The notes beneath the pieces were generated by a model. It worked only from the letters and a program-made list of their open reading frames with translations, was not told the origin of the DNA and did no database searches. This document shows, in pieces, positions 8,443 to 16,240 of a stretch of 23,832 bases of DNA (the stretch's first letter is position 1; each line of letters opens with the position of its first letter). The stretch lies in the NCBI GenBank assembly GCA_964636085.1, contig CAZWPQ010000025.1:9936-33767 (forward strand), written 5' to 3'. A program made the position numbers and the translations under genes. This DNA comes from an uncultured Nitrososphaerota archaeon (lineage in GTDB: Archaea; Asgardarchaeota; Njordarchaeia; Njordarchaeales; Panguiarchaeaceae).

Positions 8443-9887
8443 CTCTTTATTTTCTTCAATAATTTACTAACATTATCATAAATTCCAATAGATACTGTAA
8501 TTGCACCTGGGATATTATGTGTTGAACAGGCTAGACAAGGATCATATGCTCTGAATGCCATCTCTATCATGTCTAATATTGCATCGTCACATTTTCCATC
8601 GATTATAAGTCTCTCCGATACCCTTCTTATGTCCAAATTTATACTAGGATTATTCATTGTTGTCGGTATTATTAGGTTAACCATAGTTGCTATACCCTCC
8701 ATGTTAGACTCATAGTGATGTATGAGTAGTCCTCTAGGTGCCTCTACTGCTGATATACCAACACGAATTATCTCGCCTTCTGTGTTAAGCACATCTCTTG
8801 ATAAGATATCCTCATCTTGAATCAGCTCTAAAATCCTTTCGCTGGCATACACCATTTCGATTACCCTAGCATAGTGATAGGCCATAGTATGATGTGCTGG
8901 TTTGCCAAATAGTTCTACAAACCTTTCATAGAACTCCTGAGCCTTCTCTGTCGCGAATCCATCTGCAACATTTAACCTACCTAGTGGCCCCACTCGATAA
9001 ACTCCACTATCTGGACCATCAATTATTCCTTTCCAGCCAATCCTTTTTAAATAAGGCATCTTTGTGTAACTCCAAGGAACAACAGCTTCCGCAATATAAT
9101 CTAGATACTCTTTTGGTTCAAACTTATATAGCTCCTTGCCATTAGTATCAACAACTCTTATCTTTCCATCATAAAAGTTTACCCTGTTATGGTCATCAAC
9201 AATACCAGCATAGTGGGTTTTAAGGATATACATGTCTCCAAATACTATATCCTTATACTCTTCCTTCTGTATTAGTTCTGAAAACAATTCTACAGACTCC
9301 ACGGAGAATTTATATAGTTCCTTGGCATACTCTTCAATCTCCTTCACTTCTTCTTTGCTTAACGATTTACTTAACCCACCAGGAATAGACGTAACGGGAT
9401 GTATCGCCTTTCCTCCTATGATTTCCTCTATTCTCGTGATCTTTTCTCTCATCCTTAGTACCTTCTTAACAAGCTCAGGATGTCTCTTGTAGATACCTAT
9501 TATGCTCCTTTCTCTTCTATCAGCATGAGGAGATACAATGAAATCTGGTAGCGCTAGAGCATAGTAATGGATAGAGTGACTATCAAGCATATGTGCACAA
9601 TACCCAAGCTCTCTAATTTTCTTCGCAGCGGGTGGCGGTTCTCTCCCGTATAACATATCAGCAGCCTTTGCAGAAGCCATGTGATGAGCCCAAGGACAAA
9701 CACCACATATCCTAGTTACTATCCTAGGGAGCTCCTCCACTGGTCTACCTATGCAAAAACGCTCAAACCCTCTAAACTCTATTATCTGGAAGTACGCATT
9801 CTTGACTTTCCCCTTCTCGTCCAAGAATATCTTTATCTCTGCTTCTCCCTCCAATCTGGTTGCAGGGGATATCGTGATAACACTCAT
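8439..9887 (-). CDS. mvhA: [NiFe] hydrogenase large subunit, group 3c (F420-non-reducing, Hdr-linked)
   Basis: L1 RICGVCPWAHH, EAPRGLLIHHY, and L2 DPCLACSTH followed by a C-terminal extension for proteolytic maturation; mvhDGA synteny. Confidence 0.93.
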   Translation of the reverse strand: MSVITISPATRLEGEAEIKIFLDEKGKVKNAYFQIIEFRGFERFCIGRPVEELPRIVTRICGVCPWAHHMASAKAADMLYGREPPPAAKKIRELGYCAHMLDSHSIHYYALALPDFIVSPHADRRERSIIGIYKRHPELVKKVLRMREKITRIEEIIGGKAIHPVTSIPGGLSKSLSKEEVKEIEEYAKELYKFSVESVELFSELIQKEEYKDIVFGDMYILKTHYAGIVDDHNRVNFYDGKIRVVDTNGKELYKFEPKEYLDYIAEAVVPWSYTKMPYLKRIGWKGIIDGPDSGVYRVGPLGRLNVADGFATEKAQEFYERFVELFGKPAHHTMAYHYARVIEMVYASERILELIQDEDILSRDVLNTEGEIIRVGISAVEAPRGLLIHHYESNMEGIATMVNLIIPTTMNNPSINLDIRRVSERLIIDGKCDDAILDMIEMAFRAYDPCLACSTHNIPGAITVSIGIYDNVSKLLKKIKR

Positions 9888-10876
9888 TTTAACCTCCTCC
9901 TCGCTATTCTATGAAGCCTACTCAACCCAAGAGTAAAACGATAAAATAGGCCCACAGGATCACTAATTTTTTCAACTCTCTCCACCAATTCTTCATCGCT
10001 AAGTTTTGGCTCATTAGCTATTTCTATCAATGCTGCTAGGCTACTTACCATTTTGGCTCCAGGATCTATAATCTCTGGAGCGGGGCCCATACATCCCCTG
10101 CATGGCATATTGGCCTTAATACACTTTAATCCACAACCACCCCTTGTTATTGGTCCTAGACATATTATTCCTTGGGCTAAAAAACACTTATTAGGATCTA
10201 TATCCTTAACCTCATGAATTCTCCTAAAGCTACTTATCTCTATCTTCTCAGGTTTTTCTCTTTCACACTCATCACAAAGAGTTTTTAATGACGCAACAAC
10301 CGTCCCTTTTTGAATAGGTTTTCCATGTTCGAAATGTCCCAATAATAAACCTATGGCCTCGACTATAGACTCCGTTGGTGGTGGACACCCAGGTATATAA
10401 ATGTCTACCTCAATTAAATCGTCAACCTTAAGGTTCTCATCCAGTAATTTTGGTGCAGATACTCCATCATCACTTTTTCCACGTCCAGGAATAGTCCCCT
10501 CCTTATTAATTGTTGAAGGAGATTCAAAGTAGGCAATTTTAAATAACTCATCCACTCTATATAGATCCGCTAGGTCAGGTATACCGCCAAAACAGGCACA
10601 CGCACCAAATGCAATCTTAATTTTTGATTTCCTAGCAATTTTCTCTATAATATCTCTCTGCTTCTCGGTCCTGATGCTTCCCTGAAAAATCGCTATATCT
10701 ATGGATTCCAGTTTCTCTATATCTTCCTCCTTGAAATCAGTAGCTATGGGCCAGTACACAATCTCTATAGAGCCCAGCACATCAAGGAGTTTTTCATGCA
10801 GATCTATGATAGACATATCACAGCCGCCGCATACCTCTCCTGGAACTATAGCCATTTTATACATTTTGCCACCCAT
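9884..10876 (-). CDS. mvhG: [NiFe] hydrogenase small subunit, group 3c
   Basis: CGGC, FGACACFGG, IPGCPP, LCDEC and CFLAQGIICLGPITRGGC...CRGCMGP. Confidence 0.93.
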   Translation of the reverse strand: MGGKMYKMAIVPGEVCGGCDMSIIDLHEKLLDVLGSIEIVYWPIATDFKEEDIEKLESIDIAIFQGSIRTEKQRDIIEKIARKSKIKIAFGACACFGGIPDLADLYRVDELFKIAYFESPSTINKEGTIPGRGKSDDGVSAPKLLDENLKVDDLIEVDIYIPGCPPPTESIVEAIGLLLGHFEHGKPIQKGTVVASLKTLCDECEREKPEKIEISSFRRIHEVKDIDPNKCFLAQGIICLGPITRGGCGLKCIKANMPCRGCMGPAPEIIDPGAKMVSSLAALIEIANEPKLSDEELVERVEKISDPVGLFYRFTLGLSRLHRIARRRLK

Positions 10877-10877
10877 A

Positions 10878-11303
10878 CTACTCCCTCACTATGGGGCCCA
10901 ATTCTTTTAGCTTCTTCACAAAATCCTTGACTACCTCAACAAATTTCTTGGCCTCTGTAGCGGAAATCCACTCAAGCCTCAGCCTTTCGGGCTCTATACC
11001 CATCTGCGCAAGGAGCTTCTTCATCAATGCGACACGTTTAAGTGCCTTAAAATTACCCCTAAGGAAATGACAATCAGAGGGTGTATGACACCCCCCAATT
11101 AAGACTCCATCAGCCCCCGATTCAAAAGCCTTTACTACATACTGCATATCTACAAATCCAGAACACGGGACAGTAATAGATATTATATTGGGCGGGTACT
11201 TCATCCTACTAACGCCAGCAAGATCTGCACCCGCCGAAGCACAATACTGACACAAGAATGCGAATATTTTTGGCTCCCAGTTTCGTATATGATTTTCCTT
11301 CAT
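10878..11303 (-). CDS. mvhD: Hydrogenase/Hdr adaptor [2Fe-2S] subunit (canonical)
   Basis: FLCQYCASAGADLAG, VPCSG, GGCHTPSDCHF..GN and ERLRLEWISATE. Confidence 0.93.
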   Translation of the reverse strand: MKENHIRNWEPKIFAFLCQYCASAGADLAGVSRMKYPPNIISITVPCSGFVDMQYVVKAFESGADGVLIGGCHTPSDCHFLRGNFKALKRVALMKKLLAQMGIEPERLRLEWISATEAKKFVEVVKDFVKKLKELGPIVRE

Positions 11304-11395
11304 ATAGATTACCCTAAGTAAAAATCACTATAGTAATCCCTATATAATAACCATAAACAGATATATAAAAGTCTGCATATACATAATTGAAAATT

Positions 11396-11413
11396 TATAT
11401 ACAAATGTATATA
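11396..11413. promoter_or_regulatory. Perfect inverted repeat TATATACA-AA-TGTATATA upstream of the mvhD operon (candidate operator/promoter element)
   Basis: 8-bp arms with a 2-nt spacer, read directly in the AT-rich intergenic region 11304-11504. Confidence 0.4.
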
Positions 11414-11459
11414 GATATTTATAGTGGATAAAGTATGGAAAAACAAACCCGTAAATAAT

Positions 11460-11503
11460 AAAAAGAGATCATGAATAATATTGTAAAAAATACAAATCAT
11501 GAT
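11460..11503 (-). terminator. Candidate terminator after tusA (bulged hairpin followed by T-run)
   Basis: The minus strand reads ATCATGA-T-TTGTA-TTTTT-TACAA-TATTAT-TCATGAT-CTC-TTTTT immediately after the tusA stop. Confidence 0.4.
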
Positions 11504-11504
11504 G

Positions 11505-11771
11505 CTACTTTTTGCGTCTCATGAAGATTCTCCAGTATCCTGGTTCCTCTATGACACCCAGGAATTCGTGTCCTACCTTCTTTGCCCATTTTGGAAGATC
11601 ACGAGCTGTTCCAGGATCAGAACTCAGTACCTCTAGAACCCCATCTATAGGGATCTCTGTGATTGCTCTTTTTGCCGCTAGAAGTGGGCCTGGACAGGAT
11701 ACTCCTCTAGCATCCACAACTTTATCTGGTTTTATTTTTTCTAGCTCTTCCTTTGGGAGCCCCTCACTCAT
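11505..11771 (-). CDS. tusA: TusA/SirA family sulfurtransferase (sulfur carrier)
   Basis: VDARGVSCPGPLL (CPxP motif) and LEVLSSDPGTARDLPKW. Start set at ATG 11771 behind an AGGTGA RBS. Confidence 0.92.
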   Translation of the reverse strand: MSEGLPKEELEKIKPDKVVDARGVSCPGPLLAAKRAITEIPIDGVLEVLSSDPGTARDLPKWAKKVGHEFLGVIEEPGYWRIFMRRKK

Positions 11772-11805
11772 ATTATTCACCTATCAAAAACTATGGCTAT
11801 ATGGT

Positions 11806-12216
11806 TTATATAAAGAATGCTATTTCGGCTTCTTTTGCAGTGCTTACTATCTCAGCTGCACCCACGAAATCATCTGCTAGGTATATGTCTTCTAGTTTAG
11901 CATTCCATGCTTTTGCGGCGGCAGAACAGACATGTATTCTGACTGTACCCAACTCTTTAGCTTCTTTTAGCATTTCATACCATGGCTTTAGTCCTGCATT
12001 TTTGAGGCCCTTCTCTAGCTCCTCTGCTAATTCTTTATGCTCGCTGAGCTCCTTATTTTTCTCTAGATTCTTTTTGAGAAATGCATATACTCCCCATAGC
12101 ATTAGGTATATATCAACTTCCATATCCATAGCTACTGCTCCACTTGTTAATACGGCGGCACCTAACAATCTGTCAGGAGTACCAGAAAATATTACCAATA
12201 CCATTTTCTCTGGCAT
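11806..12216 (-). CDS. DsrE/DsrF/DrsH-like sulfur relay protein
   Basis: FSGTPDRL..AAVL.SGAVAMDMEVDIYLMLWG, a single conserved Cys in IHVCS, and C-terminal VGAAE...FFI; adjacent to tusA. Confidence 0.85.
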   Translation of the reverse strand: MPEKMVLVIFSGTPDRLLGAAVLTSGAVAMDMEVDIYLMLWGVYAFLKKNLEKNKELSEHKELAEELEKGLKNAGLKPWYEMLKEAKELGTVRIHVCSAAAKAWNAKLEDIYLADDFVGAAEIVSTAKEAEIAFFI

Positions 12217-12281
12217 TTTTTATCCCTATACGCTTCTATTTATACAAATATTATTATAAATATATAGAATCATATATACAA

Positions 12282-12689
12282 TTATAGCTCGATCCTCATT
12301 GCACCGGTATCCTTGTCCTTGACGAGCCTTATCCCATAATTTTCAAGTATTGTGGAGCCCAGTATTATGTCTATATGGCTAGCAATCATTTCTAGATATT
12401 CGGGAGGTAGAACGGATTTAAGATTTTTATCTATGAGCCAGACATACATGTTCTTTAATGTTTTTCCTTTTATCTCTATGTCTAATATTGCATACTCACT
12501 TAAATGTGCTCTTTGTTCTAAGCCTAGCAAGGCTTCGACTTTTGCTCCTGTTTCCCATGCCTTACCGAATAACTCCTCGAATTTATCCTTTGACATGAAT
12601 GCAAGATGAAAGTATTGGTAATCCAGAAGAGCTCTACATCTATGTGATTTGTCGCCTAATCTGATGATTACTTCTTGTATGGCTGCCAT
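12282..12689 (-). CDS. Retropepsin-like (clan AA aspartic protease fold) protein with degenerate catalytic motif
   Basis: RALLDYQ in place of ALxDTG, a DIEIKG strand and C-terminal DIILGSTILENYGI, matching the ILG..L motif; about 135 aa. Confidence 0.55.
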   Translation of the reverse strand: MAAIQEVIIRLGDKSHRCRALLDYQYFHLAFMSKDKFEELFGKAWETGAKVEALLGLEQRAHLSEYAILDIEIKGKTLKNMYVWLIDKNLKSVLPPEYLEMIASHIDIILGSTILENYGIRLVKDKDTGAMRIEL

Positions 12690-12712
12690 TCTTATTTCCT
12701 ATATCTACTAAA

Positions 12713-13582
12713 TCACTTACCTAGAATCTCATTTATCATTTTTAGTCTGTCATTCTCCAAATATTCTTCCTTATCCATTGCATAGGCAATTAGCTCTGGC
12801 TCATAGAATACTGGAAGTACTTTACCCAGCTTGTCCTTTCTCCTTTTCTGCCCCTCCTCTAAATTAAATGCACATAGTGGACATGTAGTAACAAAAGCAT
12901 TTGCCCCTCTCTCAATGGATGTTTTTGCTATGACATATATCCTGTCCCAAACAGCGTCGGGGTCCTTCGTCACCAAGTAACCACCACAACACTGGTTCTT
13001 GTAGGGGTAATCGATTGCCTCGGCACCAAGACTCCGGGTTATTTCCTCCATTATTGTTGGTTCCTCCGGATTGTCTATTCCTATTCCTTCTGGTCTAAGG
13101 AGATAGCATCCATAGAAAGGTGCTATCTTAAGACCCTTGAGTTGCCTAACTATCCTCCTCTTCAAATTTCGGAGACTAACAATGTCTCTTATGACCTCCA
13201 TAAAGTGGACAACTTTTATCTCGGCTTCATAATATGGTTCATCTTCTATAAAGTAGAAGACTCTATCGCGGACCTCATCGCTTTCCTTGTATCTTTCGTT
13301 CGCATATTTTAGAGTATTAAAACACATCGAGCATACCGTCAACAGATACTCGTTATCTATCCCAAGTTCTTTCTTCTCCTTTTGTGCGTATATTAGATTT
13401 CTTATCGGTGCGACGAGATGGTAATATGTATCCTTCGATAATCCTGGATATACTCCACAGCAAACCCAGTTCTTCAACTCTATTACCTCTATACCAAACT
13501 CTCTTAGAACTCCAATTGCTGCCTTTTCATATGCCCTAGCAGTTGTTTTTACAGTGCATCCTGGATAGTATAGCATCCGCAT
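12713..13582 (-). CDS. hdrB: Heterodisulfide reductase subunit B (two CCG domains), copy 2
   Basis: YYPGC...WVCCG...CSMC and FYGC...QCCGG...CPLC. Confidence 0.93.
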   Translation of the reverse strand: MRMLYYPGCTVKTTARAYEKAAIGVLREFGIEVIELKNWVCCGVYPGLSKDTYYHLVAPIRNLIYAQKEKKELGIDNEYLLTVCSMCFNTLKYANERYKESDEVRDRVFYFIEDEPYYEAEIKVVHFMEVIRDIVSLRNLKRRIVRQLKGLKIAPFYGCYLLRPEGIGIDNPEEPTIMEEITRSLGAEAIDYPYKNQCCGGYLVTKDPDAVWDRIYVIAKTSIERGANAFVTTCPLCAFNLEEGQKRRKDKLGKVLPVFYEPELIAYAMDKEEYLENDRLKMINEILGK

Positions 13583-13587
13583 CTAGA

Positions 13588-13959
13588 TCACCCCGTATAT
13601 TTCCTTCCAGCACCTACCAAAGCTATTGTAGGTAGAGCCTCAAGCTCCCTCACGCCCCTAAGCTCAATCGCATCCTTCCTCTTTCTTAGATTAATAAGTC
13701 TTAGGGCCTCAATTATGGCGGTGATGTTTATCTCCCTCGGGCATCTCTGGGTACAGGCTAAACAAGAAACACAATACCATATAGCATTTGTATCAACGAC
13801 CGATTCATCGCCAATACGTACCATATGTATTATCTGATGGGGCTTCACATCCATCAGGTCCGAAAATGGACAGACGGCCGAACACCGGCCGCATGCTATG
13901 CATAATTCCGCGTCTTCCCTACATATATCATATACTTTTTTCGTAAAATCCTTCTTCAT
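13588..13959 (-). CDS. hdrC: Heterodisulfide reductase subunit C (short form), copy 2
   Basis: CIACGRCSAVCP and IWYCVSCLACTQRCP. Start set at ATG 13959 (MKKDF) behind a GGTGA RBS. Confidence 0.9.
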   Translation of the reverse strand: MKKDFTKKVYDICREDAELCIACGRCSAVCPFSDLMDVKPHQIIHMVRIGDESVVDTNAIWYCVSCLACTQRCPREINITAIIEALRLINLRKRKDAIELRGVRELEALPTIALVGAGRKYTG

Positions 13960-13970
13960 AATATCACCAA

Positions 13971-14261
13971 TTAAAGTTCCTCTCCAAACCATTCAAAAAT
14001 GTATCGGTCCTCATCATCCTTTCCTGCTATCTTGACGACACCATGTCTGAGTAAAGTTGCTATGTACCAAGATAGTTCATGCATATCCATTCCAACCAGC
14101 TTGGATATCTCAGGAGCGCTTTTTGGGCCATTCTCTAGGGCCTTCTTTATCTTGTCTTTTATATCAATGAACGACCTCGCATTTTTAGCTAGCTCTATTG
14201 GGGGGGCAATATATTCAATTTTTTCCTTTAGGAGATCCACAGTTAGTTTTTTGGTAGCCAA
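13971..14261 (-). CDS. Small winged helix-turn-helix domain protein inside the Hdr operon
   Basis: KIKKALENGPKSAPEISKLVGMDMHELSWYIATLLRHGVV fits a wHTH pattern. TTG start at 14261 behind GGAGGTGA. Confidence 0.7.
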   Translation of the reverse strand: MATKKLTVDLLKEKIEYIAPPIELAKNARSFIDIKDKIKKALENGPKSAPEISKLVGMDMHELSWYIATLLRHGVVKIAGKDDEDRYIFEWFGEEL

Positions 14262-14266
14262 AGCAC

Positions 14267-16240
14267 TCACCTCCAAACGCGTGCTGAAGCCCTAATCATA
14301 TTTTTAATTTGATGAGTGGAAAGCGTCTTCAACTGGATAGCTTCCGATGGACACGCCGCTGTACATGCTCCACACCCTAAACACAAGACCTCGTTTACCC
14401 AAGCTCTCTCTCCTATACCAGGGTATTCCTTGATAGATATCGCCCCCGAAGGACATACCTCCATACATTTCTTTGACAAATTACAAATACTTGGATCAAC
14501 GATAGCCGTATTAGGTTCAAGCTCTACTTTTCCATGGATCAGTAGTGAAGTTACCTTTGCAGCAGCGGCGGATGCGGAGGCTAAAGTCTCAGTAATCGTT
14601 TTTGGTCCCTGTATGGTTCCAGCTATAAAAACTCCTGCTCTAAGCGTGTCGACTGGACGAAGTTTTGGGTGGGCTTCCTGCAGAAACCCATCTGTACCAG
14701 TTGATACCTTCAGTATTTCTTGGATTTTTTGTGCATCGTTAGCCTCCATACCTACTGATAATACCACAAGATCTGGTGTTAGTGTAATTTCTTTTCCGTT
14801 AAGTAGATAATCCTTAACTCTTACAATGAGTCCATTCTTGTCCCTTAAGACGATAGGCGGCTCGTTGTCGGGGTATTTGATAAATTTCATCTTTTTTCTC
14901 TGTGCCTCTAGGTAATAGAGTTCATACGAGCCATAGGTTCTTATATCTCTGTAGAGGTGGTATATCTTTGTATGGGGAAACCTTTCAGAGATTTTTAATG
15001 AAGTATATATTGTGGATGTACAGCAATATCTAGAGCAATATTGGTTTGTTTTCTCTCCTTTCCTAGGCTCCTGTCTACTACCTACGCAATATATGAAGCA
15101 TATGCTAGATATTTTTTTACCGTTAATGGTGAGCTCACTAGCATCACGGGGGATTGATGATAAAATTCTTTCTAGCTGCGGTAATGTGATGACCTCTGGA
15201 ACTTCTCCATACCCAAACTCGCCTTTCTTTGGTTCATAAGGTTTAAATCCGGTGGCTACTATTATCGCACCAACCTTGAACCTGTGTATTTCTTCTCTCT
15301 GGTTGAGATCTATGGAATCACCTACAATTTTAATACATTCACCACATTTTGTACATACATTTCCATCAATCGCTGGAATTTCTGGATAGGCTCCCTCGTA
15401 GGGATAGTATATGGCCTTTCGTTTGGTTAGCCCGAAATCATATTCGTTGGGAACCTCTACTGGACATGCTTTTATCGCATCTTTCATTCTTGGATGATCT
15501 TTCAGAACATATCTAGGCCTAACCTTAACTGTGACCTCGAAATCACCAATGTAGCCCTCTACTTTGATAACCTCACCATTGGTTATGATTATTACATTGT
15601 TCAATTTTTTCAATTCATCCACTAATTTCATGACGATGTCTCTCCCACTTCTACCATCTGGAAATGTTAACCACCATTTGGATACATTACCCCCCAAGAA
15701 TGGTTCTTTCTCAACGATAATAACATTAAATCCTATAGATGCAAGATCTATTGCTGCCTTCATTCCCGCTATTCCACCACCTATCACTAAGACACTTCTT
15801 TCTGCAGCTACACTTATCTTTTCCAAACTCCTTGCAAGCTTGACATATTCGATGCCAGATATTATATGGCTTATAGCCTTTTTTGTAGCCAACTCACGGT
15901 CATGCGTATGGGCCCATGAACAATGCTCCCTAATGTTGACATGATATAGAAGATATTCATTTAGCCCTCCCCGCTTTATGGTGTTCCTAAATGTCATTTC
16001 GTGTAGCTTAGGAGAACATGCGGCCACAACAACTCCGTCGAGACCCATCTCTTTAATATCCTCAATTATCATCTGCTGGCCGGTATCCGAGCACATAAAC
16101 ATGAAATCTTTTGCTACGGCAACTCCCGGGTAATCTTTTATTGCCTCTATTATTTTACTAATATCAACATAATTTGATATATTCCCCCCGCAGTGACATA
16201 CATATACCCCTATTCTCCCCCTCTCCTCTTTTACACTCAT
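14267..16240 (-). CDS. hdrA: HdrA-family flavoprotein, long partner (N-terminal Fe-S domain present, several motifs degenerate)
   Basis: VCHCGGNI/MCS/AACSP/REHCSW, GGGIAG, CVGSRQ...CSRYCC and C-terminal ferredoxin. Lacks TLDCxxC and the post-CC Lys. Confidence 0.9.
   Translation of the reverse strand: MSVKEERGRIGVYVCHCGGNISNYVDISKIIEAIKDYPGVAVAKDFMFMCSDTGQQMIIEDIKEMGLDGVVVAACSPKLHEMTFRNTIKRGGLNEYLLYHVNIREHCSWAHTHDRELATKKAISHIISGIEYVKLARSLEKISVAAERSVLVIGGGIAGMKAAIDLASIGFNVIIVEKEPFLGGNVSKWWLTFPDGRSGRDIVMKLVDELKKLNNVIIITNGEVIKVEGYIGDFEVTVKVRPRYVLKDHPRMKDAIKACPVEVPNEYDFGLTKRKAIYYPYEGAYPEIPAIDGNVCTKCGECIKIVGDSIDLNQREEIHRFKVGAIIVATGFKPYEPKKGEFGYGEVPEVITLPQLERILSSIPRDASELTINGKKISSICFIYCVGSRQEPRKGEKTNQYCSRYCCTSTIYTSLKISERFPHTKIYHLYRDIRTYGSYELYYLEAQRKKMKFIKYPDNEPPIVLRDKNGLIVRVKDYLLNGKEITLTPDLVVLSVGMEANDAQKIQEILKVSTGTDGFLQEAHPKLRPVDTLRAGVFIAGTIQGPKTITETLASASAAAAKVTSLLIHGKVELEPNTAIVDPSICNLSKKCMEVCPSGAISIKEYPGIGERAWVNEVLCLGCGACTAACPSEAIQLKTLSTHQIKNMIRASARVWR

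Noticed and set aside
11309-11500. 63-aa hydrophobic minus-strand ORF between tusA and mvhD, considered as a possible membrane anchor
   Set aside because: It spans very AT-rich DNA containing the candidate terminator and palindrome, has no RBS, and its I/Y/F/L bias is explained by base composition.
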